NCBI GenBank assembly: GCA_017427285.1 | Contig: JAFRTE010000046.1 | Span: 7,401-71,400 of the forward strand | Source of the DNA: Clostridia bacterium | GTDB taxonomy: Bacteria; Bacillota; Clostridia; Oscillospirales; UBA644 | Reading direction: 5' to 3' | Length of the DNA stretch: 64,000 nucleotides | In this document: positions 53,758 to 62,287 of the stretch, piece after piece | Numbering within the stretch: the stretch's first letter is position 1 | How the letters are laid out: every line of letters starts with the position of its first letter | Notes under the pieces: generated by a model | Database searches by the model: none | What the model was told of the DNA's origin: nothing | Seen by the model: only the letters and a program-made list of their open reading frames with translations | Made by a program: the position numbers and the translations under genes

Positions 53758-55078
53758 GCCAAAAAAAGCGCCTAAACGCATTGCGCAAACGGTGATCAAT
53801 TCCTTAAAAGGCGGCGTTGTTCCCAGAATAGGGCTGCCGTATATTACGGTCGGACGCAAAAGCGAAATCGAGGCGCTGCTTCACGACGTCGAAATAATTT
53901 CTGAAGGCGGCGCGTCTTTCCGATTCATTGTCGGACGTTACGGAAGCGGAAAAAGTTTCCTTTTGCAGACTATCCGCAACTACGTTATGGACCGCGGCTT
54001 TATCGTTGCGGACGCCGATCTTTCTCCCGAAAGACGTTTGCAGGGCACAAAAGGACAGGGGCTTGCAACGTACCGTGAGCTTATTTCCAATCTTTCAACG
54101 AAGACAAAGCCCGAGGGAGGCGCGCTGACTCTTGTTTTAGACCGCTGGATAAGCGCTGTTCAGACCGAAGCGGTCGTTGAAACGGGGCTTTCGCCAGACA
54201 GTCCGGCTCTTGCTGAAGCGACAGACAAAAAAATTTTTGCCGTTACAGCGTCTGTCAGCGAGCTTGTTCACGGTTTTGAGTTTGCAAAGCTGCTTTCCGC
54301 ATATTACAGGGCATATATCAACGGCGACGACGAAACAAAGGCGAACGTCGTTAAGTGGTTCCGCGGCGAATATGCTCTTAGAAGCGAAGCGAAAGAGGCG
54401 CTCGGCGTAAATATCATTATTACTGACGACGATTGGTACGACTATCTCAAACTGTTTGCTGCGTTTTTCCGTCTTGCGGGATATACAGGTATGTTTATTA
54501 TGATAGACGAACTTGTAAATATCTATAAAATCCCCAATTCCGTCACAAGACAGTATAATTACGAAAAACTGCTTACCATGTATAACGACACTTTGCAGGG
54601 GAAGGCAAAATATCTCGGCATTCTTATGGGCTCAACCCCTCAGTCGCTCGAAGACAAACGCCGCGGTATTTACAGCTACGAAGCGCTCCGCTCTCGACTT
54701 GCGGAAGGACGTTTTTCCAAACCCGGGTCCCGCGATCTGCTCGCGCCGGTAATACGTCTCGAACCTCTTACGGCGGAGGAAATGCTCGTTCTTTGCGAAA
54801 AACTATCCGAAATGCATGCGGATTTATATGCTTATAAACGTTCGGTCACGACCGATGACCTCGTCGGCTTTATCAAGATCGAGTATTCCCGCATAGGCGC
54901 AGATAGCAACATTACCCCGCGCGAGGTTATAAGAGATTTTATAGAACTTCTTGATTTGCTTTATCAGCATACCGAAATGAGCATTTCGTCGCTCCTTGAA
55001 TCGGACGAATTCAGTTATGCTAAATCCGAAGCCGTTTCGGACGATGCCGATGCGGGGTATGTGGAGTTTACCGTATGA
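53750..55078 (+). CDS. sngB: P-loop ATPase of the DUF2791 / BrxD-like type (Shango SngB-like)
   Basis: Walker A VGRYGSGKSF, Walker B MFIMIDELV. N-terminal VVPRIGLPYITVGRKSEIEAL is typical of DUF2791. The start overlaps the upstream stop by 8 nt (ATGGATGA). Confidence 0.75.
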   Translation: MDEPKKAPKRIAQTVINSLKGGVVPRIGLPYITVGRKSEIEALLHDVEIISEGGASFRFIVGRYGSGKSFLLQTIRNYVMDRGFIVADADLSPERRLQGTKGQGLATYRELISNLSTKTKPEGGALTLVLDRWISAVQTEAVVETGLSPDSPALAEATDKKIFAVTASVSELVHGFEFAKLLSAYYRAYINGDDETKANVVKWFRGEYALRSEAKEALGVNIIITDDDWYDYLKLFAAFFRLAGYTGMFIMIDELVNIYKIPNSVTRQYNYEKLLTMYNDTLQGKAKYLGILMGSTPQSLEDKRRGIYSYEALRSRLAEGRFSKPGSRDLLAPVIRLEPLTAEEMLVLCEKLSEMHADLYAYKRSVTTDDLVGFIKIEYSRIGADSNITPREVIRDFIELLDLLYQHTEMSISSLLESDEFSYAKSEAVSDDADAGYVEFTV

Positions 55079-57312
55079 ACGTATTTGAACGCTACTCACC
55101 GTTTATTCAGGACTATATCTACCGTTCCGGCTGGCAAAGCCTGCGCGCCGTACAGAATGCCGCGGGTGACGCGATTTTCGGGACCGATGAAAACGTGCTT
55201 CTTACCGCCTCCACGGCTTCCGGAAAAACAGAAGCGGCGTTTTTCCCAATACTTACTCTTCTTGACGAAAGCCCGTCCGCAACTGTCGGCGTATTGTATA
55301 TTGCGCCTCTGAAAGCGCTTATCAACGACCAGTTCGGACGGCTTACCGAATTATGCGAGGAAGAGGGTATATCCGTAACACGCTGGCACGGAGATTCCAA
55401 TCAGACGGCGAAAAGAAAGCTCATAAAAAAGCCGTCCGGTATCCTGCAGATAACCCCAGAATCCCTCGAATCACTTCTTATAAACAAGCATATGGAGATC
55501 CCGTCCCTTTTCGGCGATCTGCGCTTTATAGTTATAGACGAAATTCATTCTCTTCTGCGCGCGGACAGGGGTCTGCAGACCTTCTGCCTTATTGAAAGAC
55601 TGTGTTCCCTTGCGGGCTGCGATCCGCGCAGGATCGGGCTTTCCGCAACTATCGGCAATCCCTCCCTCGCAGGCAAATTTCTTTCGGCCGGCAGCAACAG
55701 AAAAACGGTTATTCCGCAGTTTGACGGCGGAAAAGAGGTCTGGCGGCTTTCAATGGAGCATTTTTACAATACCCCTCCGCAGGCGGATGAAGGTAAAGCC
55801 GGAAATGCGCTTACACCGCCTCTTGAACAGCCGACCGATAAGGCTCCGCTTGCCGCCGACCCCGGTATCGGATATATTTTTGAGCATACAAAGGGTAAAA
55901 AGTGCCTTGTTTTTACAAATTCCCGCGAGGAATGCGAAGCTGTATGCCAGCAGCTAAGACAGTATTGCGAGGCAAATCACGAGCCGGACAGATTTTTGAT
56001 CCACCACGGCAATCTTTCCGCCTCCTACCGCGAAAGCGCGGAAGAGGAGATGAAAGACGACGACTCGTATATGTCGGTCTGCGCTACCGCAACGCTTGAG
56101 CTCGGTATCGACGTAGGACGTCTCGAACGCGCGTTTCAGATCGACGCGCCGTTTACCGTTTCGGGATTTTTACAGCGGATGGGCAGAACGGGCCGCAGGG
56201 GAGACCCGTCGGAAATGTGGTTTGTTATGCGCGAGGACCATCAGGAGGCACGCGCAATGCTGCCCGACAGTATCCCTTGGTATCTTATTCAGGGCATCGC
56301 CCTCGTTCAGCTTTATATAGAAGAACGTTTCGTCGAGCCGCCCCGCACGGAAAGAATGCCTTTCAGTCTTCTTTATCATCAAACTATGAGCACGCTTGCC
56401 TCTCACGGCGAAATGACTCCCGCAGAGCTTGCGTCCCGCGTTTTAACGCTTTCCGCTTTTTGTTATATAGGCAAAGAAGATTATCAGACGCTTCTGAGAC
56501 ATCTTATTGAAACAGACCATATAAACCGCACCGAAAACGGAGGACTTATTCTCGGCATCACCGGAGAAAGAATTGTAAACAACTATAAATTTTACGCTGT
56601 TTTCCGCGAAAACGTGGAATATACCGTGCGTTCCGGCTCCGAACAGCTCGGCACTATCGTAAAACCGCCGCCGATTGGCGACAAGATCGCAATTGCGGGC
56701 CGCGTCTGGGTGGTCGAAGATGTCGATCACAAACGGCGCGAGGTTTTCTGTACGCTTGTTAAAGGCAATATCCCCGCATATTTCGGCGACGTTGCCGGAG
56801 ATATAAACACACGCATCCTCGAGCGGATGTATGCCGTTTTAAGAGAAGATAAGCAGTATCCTTATCTGATGTCTCATGCCGTCAGCAGACTTGCCGACGC
56901 GAGAGAAACTTTCCGCAAATCGCTCATGTCCGAGCGTCCGCTCGTTCACCTCGGCGGCAATATGTGGGCGCTCTTTCCGTGGGTAGGCACATACGCGTTT
57001 CTTGCGACCGAGCGTTTCCTCAAAATCCGCTGCGGAAAAAAACTCGGGCTTAAAGGACTTCAGTCTTCGCGCCCGTATTATATGCAGTTTACGATGCAGG
57101 CAAGCGAGGAAGAGTTTTACGAAACCGTATGCAAAGAAGCTCAGACGGAATTTGACCCGCTCGAAATTGTTTATCCGAACGAGATCCCCGTATTTGAAAA
57201 ATATGACGAATATGTCCCTCCCTCTCTTGTCCGTAAAGGTTTTGCTCACGGCATTCTCGATATTGAGGATATGAAAAAGCATATCCTCGTCTGGCAAAAA
57301 TTCATCACATAA
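55075..57312 (+). CDS. sngC: superfamily-2 DExH helicase, Lhr-like (Shango SngC-like)
   Basis: Motif I ASTASGKTEAA, motif II VIDEIHSL, motif III SATIGN, motif V TATLELGIDVG, motif VI QRMGRTGRR, plus about 350 aa of C-terminal extension. ATGA start/stop overlap. Confidence 0.85.
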   Translation: MNVFERYSPFIQDYIYRSGWQSLRAVQNAAGDAIFGTDENVLLTASTASGKTEAAFFPILTLLDESPSATVGVLYIAPLKALINDQFGRLTELCEEEGISVTRWHGDSNQTAKRKLIKKPSGILQITPESLESLLINKHMEIPSLFGDLRFIVIDEIHSLLRADRGLQTFCLIERLCSLAGCDPRRIGLSATIGNPSLAGKFLSAGSNRKTVIPQFDGGKEVWRLSMEHFYNTPPQADEGKAGNALTPPLEQPTDKAPLAADPGIGYIFEHTKGKKCLVFTNSREECEAVCQQLRQYCEANHEPDRFLIHHGNLSASYRESAEEEMKDDDSYMSVCATATLELGIDVGRLERAFQIDAPFTVSGFLQRMGRTGRRGDPSEMWFVMREDHQEARAMLPDSIPWYLIQGIALVQLYIEERFVEPPRTERMPFSLLYHQTMSTLASHGEMTPAELASRVLTLSAFCYIGKEDYQTLLRHLIETDHINRTENGGLILGITGERIVNNYKFYAVFRENVEYTVRSGSEQLGTIVKPPPIGDKIAIAGRVWVVEDVDHKRREVFCTLVKGNIPAYFGDVAGDINTRILERMYAVLREDKQYPYLMSHAVSRLADARETFRKSLMSERPLVHLGGNMWALFPWVGTYAFLATERFLKIRCGKKLGLKGLQSSRPYYMQFTMQASEEEFYETVCKEAQTEFDPLEIVYPNEIPVFEKYDEYVPPSLVRKGFAHGILDIEDMKKHILVWQKFIT

Positions 57313-57317
57313 AAACA

Positions 57318-57348
57318 GACCATCGGGTCCCCGATGGTCATTTTTTTT
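57318..57348. terminator. bidirectional terminator
   Basis: Stem GACCATCGG / CCGATGGTC, with AAAAA before and TTTTTTTT after. Confidence 0.8.
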
Positions 57349-57360
57349 ATTTCAGTCGTT

Positions 57361-58665
57361 TTATTCTTCCGTCTTTTCAGGTACGATCGCTCCCTGAGTT
57401 TTCAGATATTCTCTTACTTCGTTTACGTCGACCGAGCGTGTGTCGAAGTCCCCTCTGCGGAAAGCTGCCGCGGCTGCGGCTCCGGCTGCCTGGCCCATCG
57501 CCATACACGACGCTTTAACCCTTATCGCAGACTGACACTGTCTGTCCGCAGATACGCACCGCCCAGCAACGTAAACGTTTTTCAGCCCTTTCGGGCGCAT
57601 GGCGCCGAGCGATATCGTCGGCGTTTTTTCGTCTTTCAGATATACTATTTGAGACGGTCCGTTGTCGCGGTGTATATCGATAAACCAGTATGTGTAGCAT
57701 ACGGCGTCGTCGTAAATGCGTTTTTTGAGATAATCATCGCCGGTCATTACCGTATCTCCGGTTATCCGTCTGCTTTCTCTCGGCGCGGATTCGGGAGCGC
57801 TTCCAATAACGTCCATGGGCGCTGCGTTTTCCTTCATGACGGTAAGCAGTTTTACGATATCGCGCCTTGATCTTATTTCCGTTTCGCTCCTTTTTTCGCT
57901 GTCAGCCGTATTCAGACCGCATATATGGTTTGTATTGTCGCCGCGCGAAGAAAGAAGATTCTCAAATCTGCCCGAACACATCATTTCCCTCAGTTCGGGT
58001 CTGGCTTTTACCATTTCGGACCATGCCTTATCGGCATTTTCAAAAGCGGAAGAGCCGTTTTTTATTTCCGTCGGATAAAGACGCATCGTACCCGGCTGCA
58101 GAGAGTCCGATATCATGTATTCAGCTCCCGCCCATACGCAGATATCGCCGTCTCCCGTGCAGTCTATAAACATTTTCGCCCTGTGACGGACAAGTCCGTT
58201 TTTTGTGGTAACTATGACCGAATCGATGCGTATTCCTTCCGGCGTTTTTGAGGTTTCAACGGCCACAACGCCTTGTCTGTAGTAAAGACTTACGTTTGCC
58301 TGCAAAAGAAAATCGTCCATGCACTGCGCCGCCGCGACCGGATTTACTTTAACACCGTACTGCCAGTGAACGCGGTAGGGCGCGTCCATATCGGGAATAT
58401 CGGCAAATCCGCGCTTTGAAAGCTCTTTTACAAATTCCCAGCCGATGCCTTCGATCACCATTTTTTTCCCTGTCGGCCGGTGCGGATTGTTAAACTGATC
58501 TATCGAATTGCTGCCGAGGACCGTCAGAGACCCTCCAGGCATAGCAAAATGCTCGAAAAGACCGACTTTCAGTCCGCTTCTGCCTGCCTGAACAGCCGCA
58601 CAGAATCCTGCGCAGCCCGCGCCGGCGACTATAACGTCAAATTCCCTGCCTTCAAGAATATCCAT
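57361..58665 (-). CDS. FAD-dependent oxidoreductase
   Basis: N-terminal DVIVAGAGCAGFCAAVQAGRSGLKVGLFE (GxGxxG, beta-alpha-beta with acidic end). 434 aa. Confidence 0.75.
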   Translation of the reverse strand: MDILEGREFDVIVAGAGCAGFCAAVQAGRSGLKVGLFEHFAMPGGSLTVLGSNSIDQFNNPHRPTGKKMVIEGIGWEFVKELSKRGFADIPDMDAPYRVHWQYGVKVNPVAAAQCMDDFLLQANVSLYYRQGVVAVETSKTPEGIRIDSVIVTTKNGLVRHRAKMFIDCTGDGDICVWAGAEYMISDSLQPGTMRLYPTEIKNGSSAFENADKAWSEMVKARPELREMMCSGRFENLLSSRGDNTNHICGLNTADSEKRSETEIRSRRDIVKLLTVMKENAAPMDVIGSAPESAPRESRRITGDTVMTGDDYLKKRIYDDAVCYTYWFIDIHRDNGPSQIVYLKDEKTPTISLGAMRPKGLKNVYVAGRCVSADRQCQSAIRVKASCMAMGQAAGAAAAAAFRRGDFDTRSVDVNEVREYLKTQGAIVPEKTEE

Positions 58666-58744
58666 CGTATTGATCCTTTTTTGCTTTTATTTACGCTTAT
58701 AATATCATACAATTATTAACAATATGTGACGATGAAGATTGATA

Positions 58745-60856
58745 TTATCCGATCGTATAATTAGTTGAGCTTATGCCTTCCGCCCAGATCCAGCCGCCCG
58801 AAACGGCGTTTTTCAGCGTAAATGAATATGTGCTTCCGTTATATGTGAAGCTGTGAGCTCCGGGAGATATATTGCCCGAGTATACAACGTATCCGTCGGG
58901 AAGACTTGCGCTTCCGAATCCGCCGCCACCAAAGCCACCGCCGTGACCTCCGCCGAAGCCGCCTCCGCCGAAGCCGCCGAATCCTCCGCCGAAGCCGCCC
59001 CCCTGAGAACCGGGAACTGCCCCGAGAGCAACGATTATTCCGCCTGTTACAGAAATGCTGCCGTCAACGTCCATTGCGGACATCATACCGGCTGAATCCG
59101 CATTCGGATTGCTTACCAAAACAAATCCGCCGGTCTGAACATAGCTGCCGTTGCTGTCTATTCCGTCTACGTCTCTGCCGGATACTTCCGCAACGATATA
59201 TCCTCCCGATACCGTTATAAGACCGTCGGAGCCCCGGTTTGAAGAGCTTGTTGCGTTGATCGCGTCATCAGTTGCATAGACGTATATATTACCGTTTTCA
59301 ACCGTTATATAATGTCCTTCAAGTCCTTCGCGTGAATAATCGATATTGACCGTACCGCCCGTAAACAGAAGCGTTCCGTCTGCGTGAATGCCGTCGTCGC
59401 CGGTATATGCTATTGTAACCGTTCCGCCCGAAACCGTTACGTCGCCTTTCGGCGTTTCTCCGTTTTCAAGCGCGTTGTCGTTATTGGCGTGTATCGCGTC
59501 GTCTGCGGACTTTATCACGTTTACCGTTCCTCCGCCGATGTTTACGGTATTGTTTGCCGCAAGACCTTTGCCGCCGGTATTTACAACGGTTATCTCTCCG
59601 TCCGTTACTACTATATCATACGCTGCGTCGATCCCGTCATCGTAAGCCGTGAGCTTAAGTGTACCTCCCGATACCGTAACCGTACCGCGCTGATTGCCCT
59701 TGCTTGAAATATCCGAGTTTTCCGTCTTTATTGCGTCTCCGCCCGTCGATACTGCGGTTATGTCTCCGGATTCAACCGTTACCGAGTCGTTGCCCTTGAT
59801 CGCGTTGTTGGGCGCAGTGACCGAGAGGGAGAGATTTTTTATCTTGAGATCGTCTTTTGTGTGAATACCGTTGTTGTATCTGTTTACCGTAACGTTAAGC
59901 GTTCCTTTGCCTACAAGATTAAGATCGCAAAGCGCATAAATTGCCGCGGACCCTTCCGTATCGTTTTCGCCCTGAACATAATCTCTTGCGTCCGTAACCG
60001 TATTTACGGTCCCTTCCGCCGCCTTTATCTTAACTTTGTCTGCGTTGACGGCATAAATAGGGGAGTCTGTCGAACAGGATATATTCGCGCCGTTAAGCTC
60101 GATCTCAACTTCGTCTTCATCACCTGCATTTATAATGATCTGTCCGTTAGAGAGACTACCTGTTAAAACGTACGTTCCCGCTGCGGAAACGGTATAAACG
60201 TTGCCGTTTTTCGTTACGCTGCCGCCGGAAGTGGTTATCGTGAAATTGCCGTCTCCGACCGTGATCTGAGTATCTGTCTCTTCCGTTTCGGAAATATCTT
60301 CCGACGTATCTTCATGTGCGTCGGATCCTTCCGTTTTTTCGCTATCCGAAACGGGCTTTTCTTCCGCAATCTGCTGTTGATCGGAAGAAGTTTGCTCTGT
60401 TTGGCTTATTTCTTCGTTTTCCGAAGTTTCTTCGGAATTCTGCGCCTCTGCGCCCGACTGTTTTTCCGATCCGTCTGTTTTTTCGCTATCCGAAACGGGT
60501 GTTTCTTCCGCAATCTGCTGTTGATCGGAAGAAGTTTGCTCTGTTTGGTTTAATTCTTCGTTTTCCGAAGTTTCTTCGGTGTTGCTTTCAGTTGAATTTT
60601 CTTCGGGATCCGGCATCTCCTCGCCCGACTGATTATCTTCTTCGTTTATTTCAGGTTCGGTCTCTTCCGCTTCCGGAGTATTTACCGTTTTCGTATTTTC
60701 ATCGGAGTTGACGTTTTCTTCTTCAAAAGCGGATACCGAACTGCTTTGGTCGGTTATCCCGCCCGATATGCCGTTTCCGACAGTTCCGCAGGCGCATATG
60801 CCCGTAATTATCAATACAGCCAGCAAAGAGGCCGCAATCTTTTTTAAATGTTTCAT
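58745..60856 (-). CDS. lipoprotein with an acidic repeat linker, a Cthe_2159-like parallel beta-helix carbohydrate-binding region and a Gly/Phe-rich segment
   Basis: Lipobox IITGICACG. Recurrent GDDGIHA / DDAINA / DGIDSNG turns. GGGFGGGFGGFGGGGFGGGHGGGFGGGGFG lies near the C-terminus. Confidence 0.7.
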   Translation of the reverse strand: MKHLKKIAASLLAVLIITGICACGTVGNGISGGITDQSSSVSAFEEENVNSDENTKTVNTPEAEETEPEINEEDNQSGEEMPDPEENSTESNTEETSENEELNQTEQTSSDQQQIAEETPVSDSEKTDGSEKQSGAEAQNSEETSENEEISQTEQTSSDQQQIAEEKPVSDSEKTEGSDAHEDTSEDISETEETDTQITVGDGNFTITTSGGSVTKNGNVYTVSAAGTYVLTGSLSNGQIIINAGDEDEVEIELNGANISCSTDSPIYAVNADKVKIKAAEGTVNTVTDARDYVQGENDTEGSAAIYALCDLNLVGKGTLNVTVNRYNNGIHTKDDLKIKNLSLSVTAPNNAIKGNDSVTVESGDITAVSTGGDAIKTENSDISSKGNQRGTVTVSGGTLKLTAYDDGIDAAYDIVVTDGEITVVNTGGKGLAANNTVNIGGGTVNVIKSADDAIHANNDNALENGETPKGDVTVSGGTVTIAYTGDDGIHADGTLLFTGGTVNIDYSREGLEGHYITVENGNIYVYATDDAINATSSSNRGSDGLITVSGGYIVAEVSGRDVDGIDSNGSYVQTGGFVLVSNPNADSAGMMSAMDVDGSISVTGGIIVALGAVPGSQGGGFGGGFGGFGGGGFGGGHGGGFGGGGFGSASLPDGYVVYSGNISPGAHSFTYNGSTYSFTLKNAVSGGWIWAEGISSTNYTIG
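60326..60577 (-). repeat. 144-bp (48-codon) tandem duplication inside the acidic linker
   Basis: EETSENEE(L/I)(N/S)QTEQTSSDQQQIAEE(T/K)PVSDSEKT(D/E)GS occurs twice (aa 94-129 and 142-177). The DNA copies are near-identical. Confidence 0.85.
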
Positions 60857-61074
60857 AAAATCAACCCACCTTTGTTTCTTTTGGGCGTATTATATCACGG
60901 AATCCTTGAATCAAGATTGAAGTTTTTAATTTTTCTTTCATAATCTTTTCCTTGACAATTTCCGAATTATTGTGTATAATGTATAAAGTGGATTTTCGGT
61001 TATGCGATTTGTTTTGAAAAAACGGCGCAACCGCTTCAAAATTCAGTAATTATATATTATTAAGGAGAATTGTC

Positions 61075-62220
61075 ATGGCAGTAAATCGTTTTGTATTAAA
61101 CGGTATTTCCTATCACGGTCACGGGGCCATCAGGGAAATTCCCGGTCTTTTGAAAGCTCGCGGGTTCAAAAAAGCGTTTGTCGCTTCCGACCCCGACCTT
61201 GTTAAATTCGGCGTAACACAGAAAGTTACCGATCTTCTGAAGGAAAACGGAATTGATTACGTTGTATATTCCGATATAAAACCCAACCCGACCATAGAAA
61301 ACGTTCAGCACGGTGTTGAAGCATATAAGACGTCCTGCGCGGACTGTATGATCACAATCGGCGGCGGCTCGTCGATGGATACCGGCAAAGGCATCGGAAT
61401 TATAGTAAACAATCCCGAATTTGCAGACGTTCGCTCTCTTGAAGGCGTTGCGCCCACTAAACACCGCACGGTATTTACTATAGCGGTCCCCACTACGGGC
61501 GGTACCGGCGCCGAATCAACGATCAACTACGTTATTACGGATGTTGAACGTAAACGTAAATTTGTATGCGTAGACCCCAACGATATCCCCGATATCGCAG
61601 TCGTAGACCCCGACATGATGTCTACCATGCCCAAAGGACTTACCGCCTCAACGGGTATGGACGCCCTTACTCACGCAATCGAAGGATATACCACCGCTGC
61701 CGCATGGGAGCTTGCGGATGTTCTTAATCTCGAAGCAATTCAGCTTATTGCAAAAAATCTGAGAAAAGCAGTTCTTAACGATCCCGACGGACGTGAAGGG
61801 ATGGCGCTTGCCCAGTATGTTACGGCAATGGCGTATTCCAATGTCGGACTCGGAATAGCCCATTCGATGGCTCATACTCTCGGCGCGGTCTATGATACGC
61901 CTCACGGTGTCGCCTGCGCTATGATGCTGCCTATCGTTATGGAATTCAACCAGGAATACACCGGTGAGAAATTCAAGGCAATCGCCGAAGCATTCGGCGT
62001 AGATACCTCGTCAATGTCCAAAGAAGAATACCGTAAAGCGGCTATCGCGGCAGTCCGTCAGCTTTCAGTTGATGTTGGTATTCCCACAAAGCTTGAAAAG
62101 CTCAAAGAAGAGGATCTGCCCTTCCTTTGTCAGTCCGCAGCGGCAGACGCATGCGCGCCCGGCAATCCCCGCCATGCGGAAATATCCGATTTTGAAGAAA
62201 TGTTCAGAAAACTGATGTGA
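61075..62220 (+). CDS. iron-containing alcohol dehydrogenase (lactaldehyde/1,2-propanediol oxidoreductase-like)
   Basis: GGGSSMDTGKGIG, metal-binding HSMAHTLG...HG. Its 381 aa and N-terminal layout are similar to FucO. Confidence 0.85.
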   Translation: MAVNRFVLNGISYHGHGAIREIPGLLKARGFKKAFVASDPDLVKFGVTQKVTDLLKENGIDYVVYSDIKPNPTIENVQHGVEAYKTSCADCMITIGGGSSMDTGKGIGIIVNNPEFADVRSLEGVAPTKHRTVFTIAVPTTGGTGAESTINYVITDVERKRKFVCVDPNDIPDIAVVDPDMMSTMPKGLTASTGMDALTHAIEGYTTAAAWELADVLNLEAIQLIAKNLRKAVLNDPDGREGMALAQYVTAMAYSNVGLGIAHSMAHTLGAVYDTPHGVACAMMLPIVMEFNQEYTGEKFKAIAEAFGVDTSSMSKEEYRKAAIAAVRQLSVDVGIPTKLEKLKEEDLPFLCQSAAADACAPGNPRHAEISDFEEMFRKLM

Positions 62221-62241
62221 TCTCTTTAAATATAATATATG

Positions 62242-62271
62242 AGGATTCCCCGAAAAGGGGAATCCTTTTTC
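62242..62271 (+). terminator. rho-independent terminator
   Basis: 10-bp stem AGGATTCCCC / GGGGAATCCT, loop GAAAA, followed by TTTTT. Confidence 0.85.
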
Positions 62272-62287
62272 AATTAAAAAACTGTGA

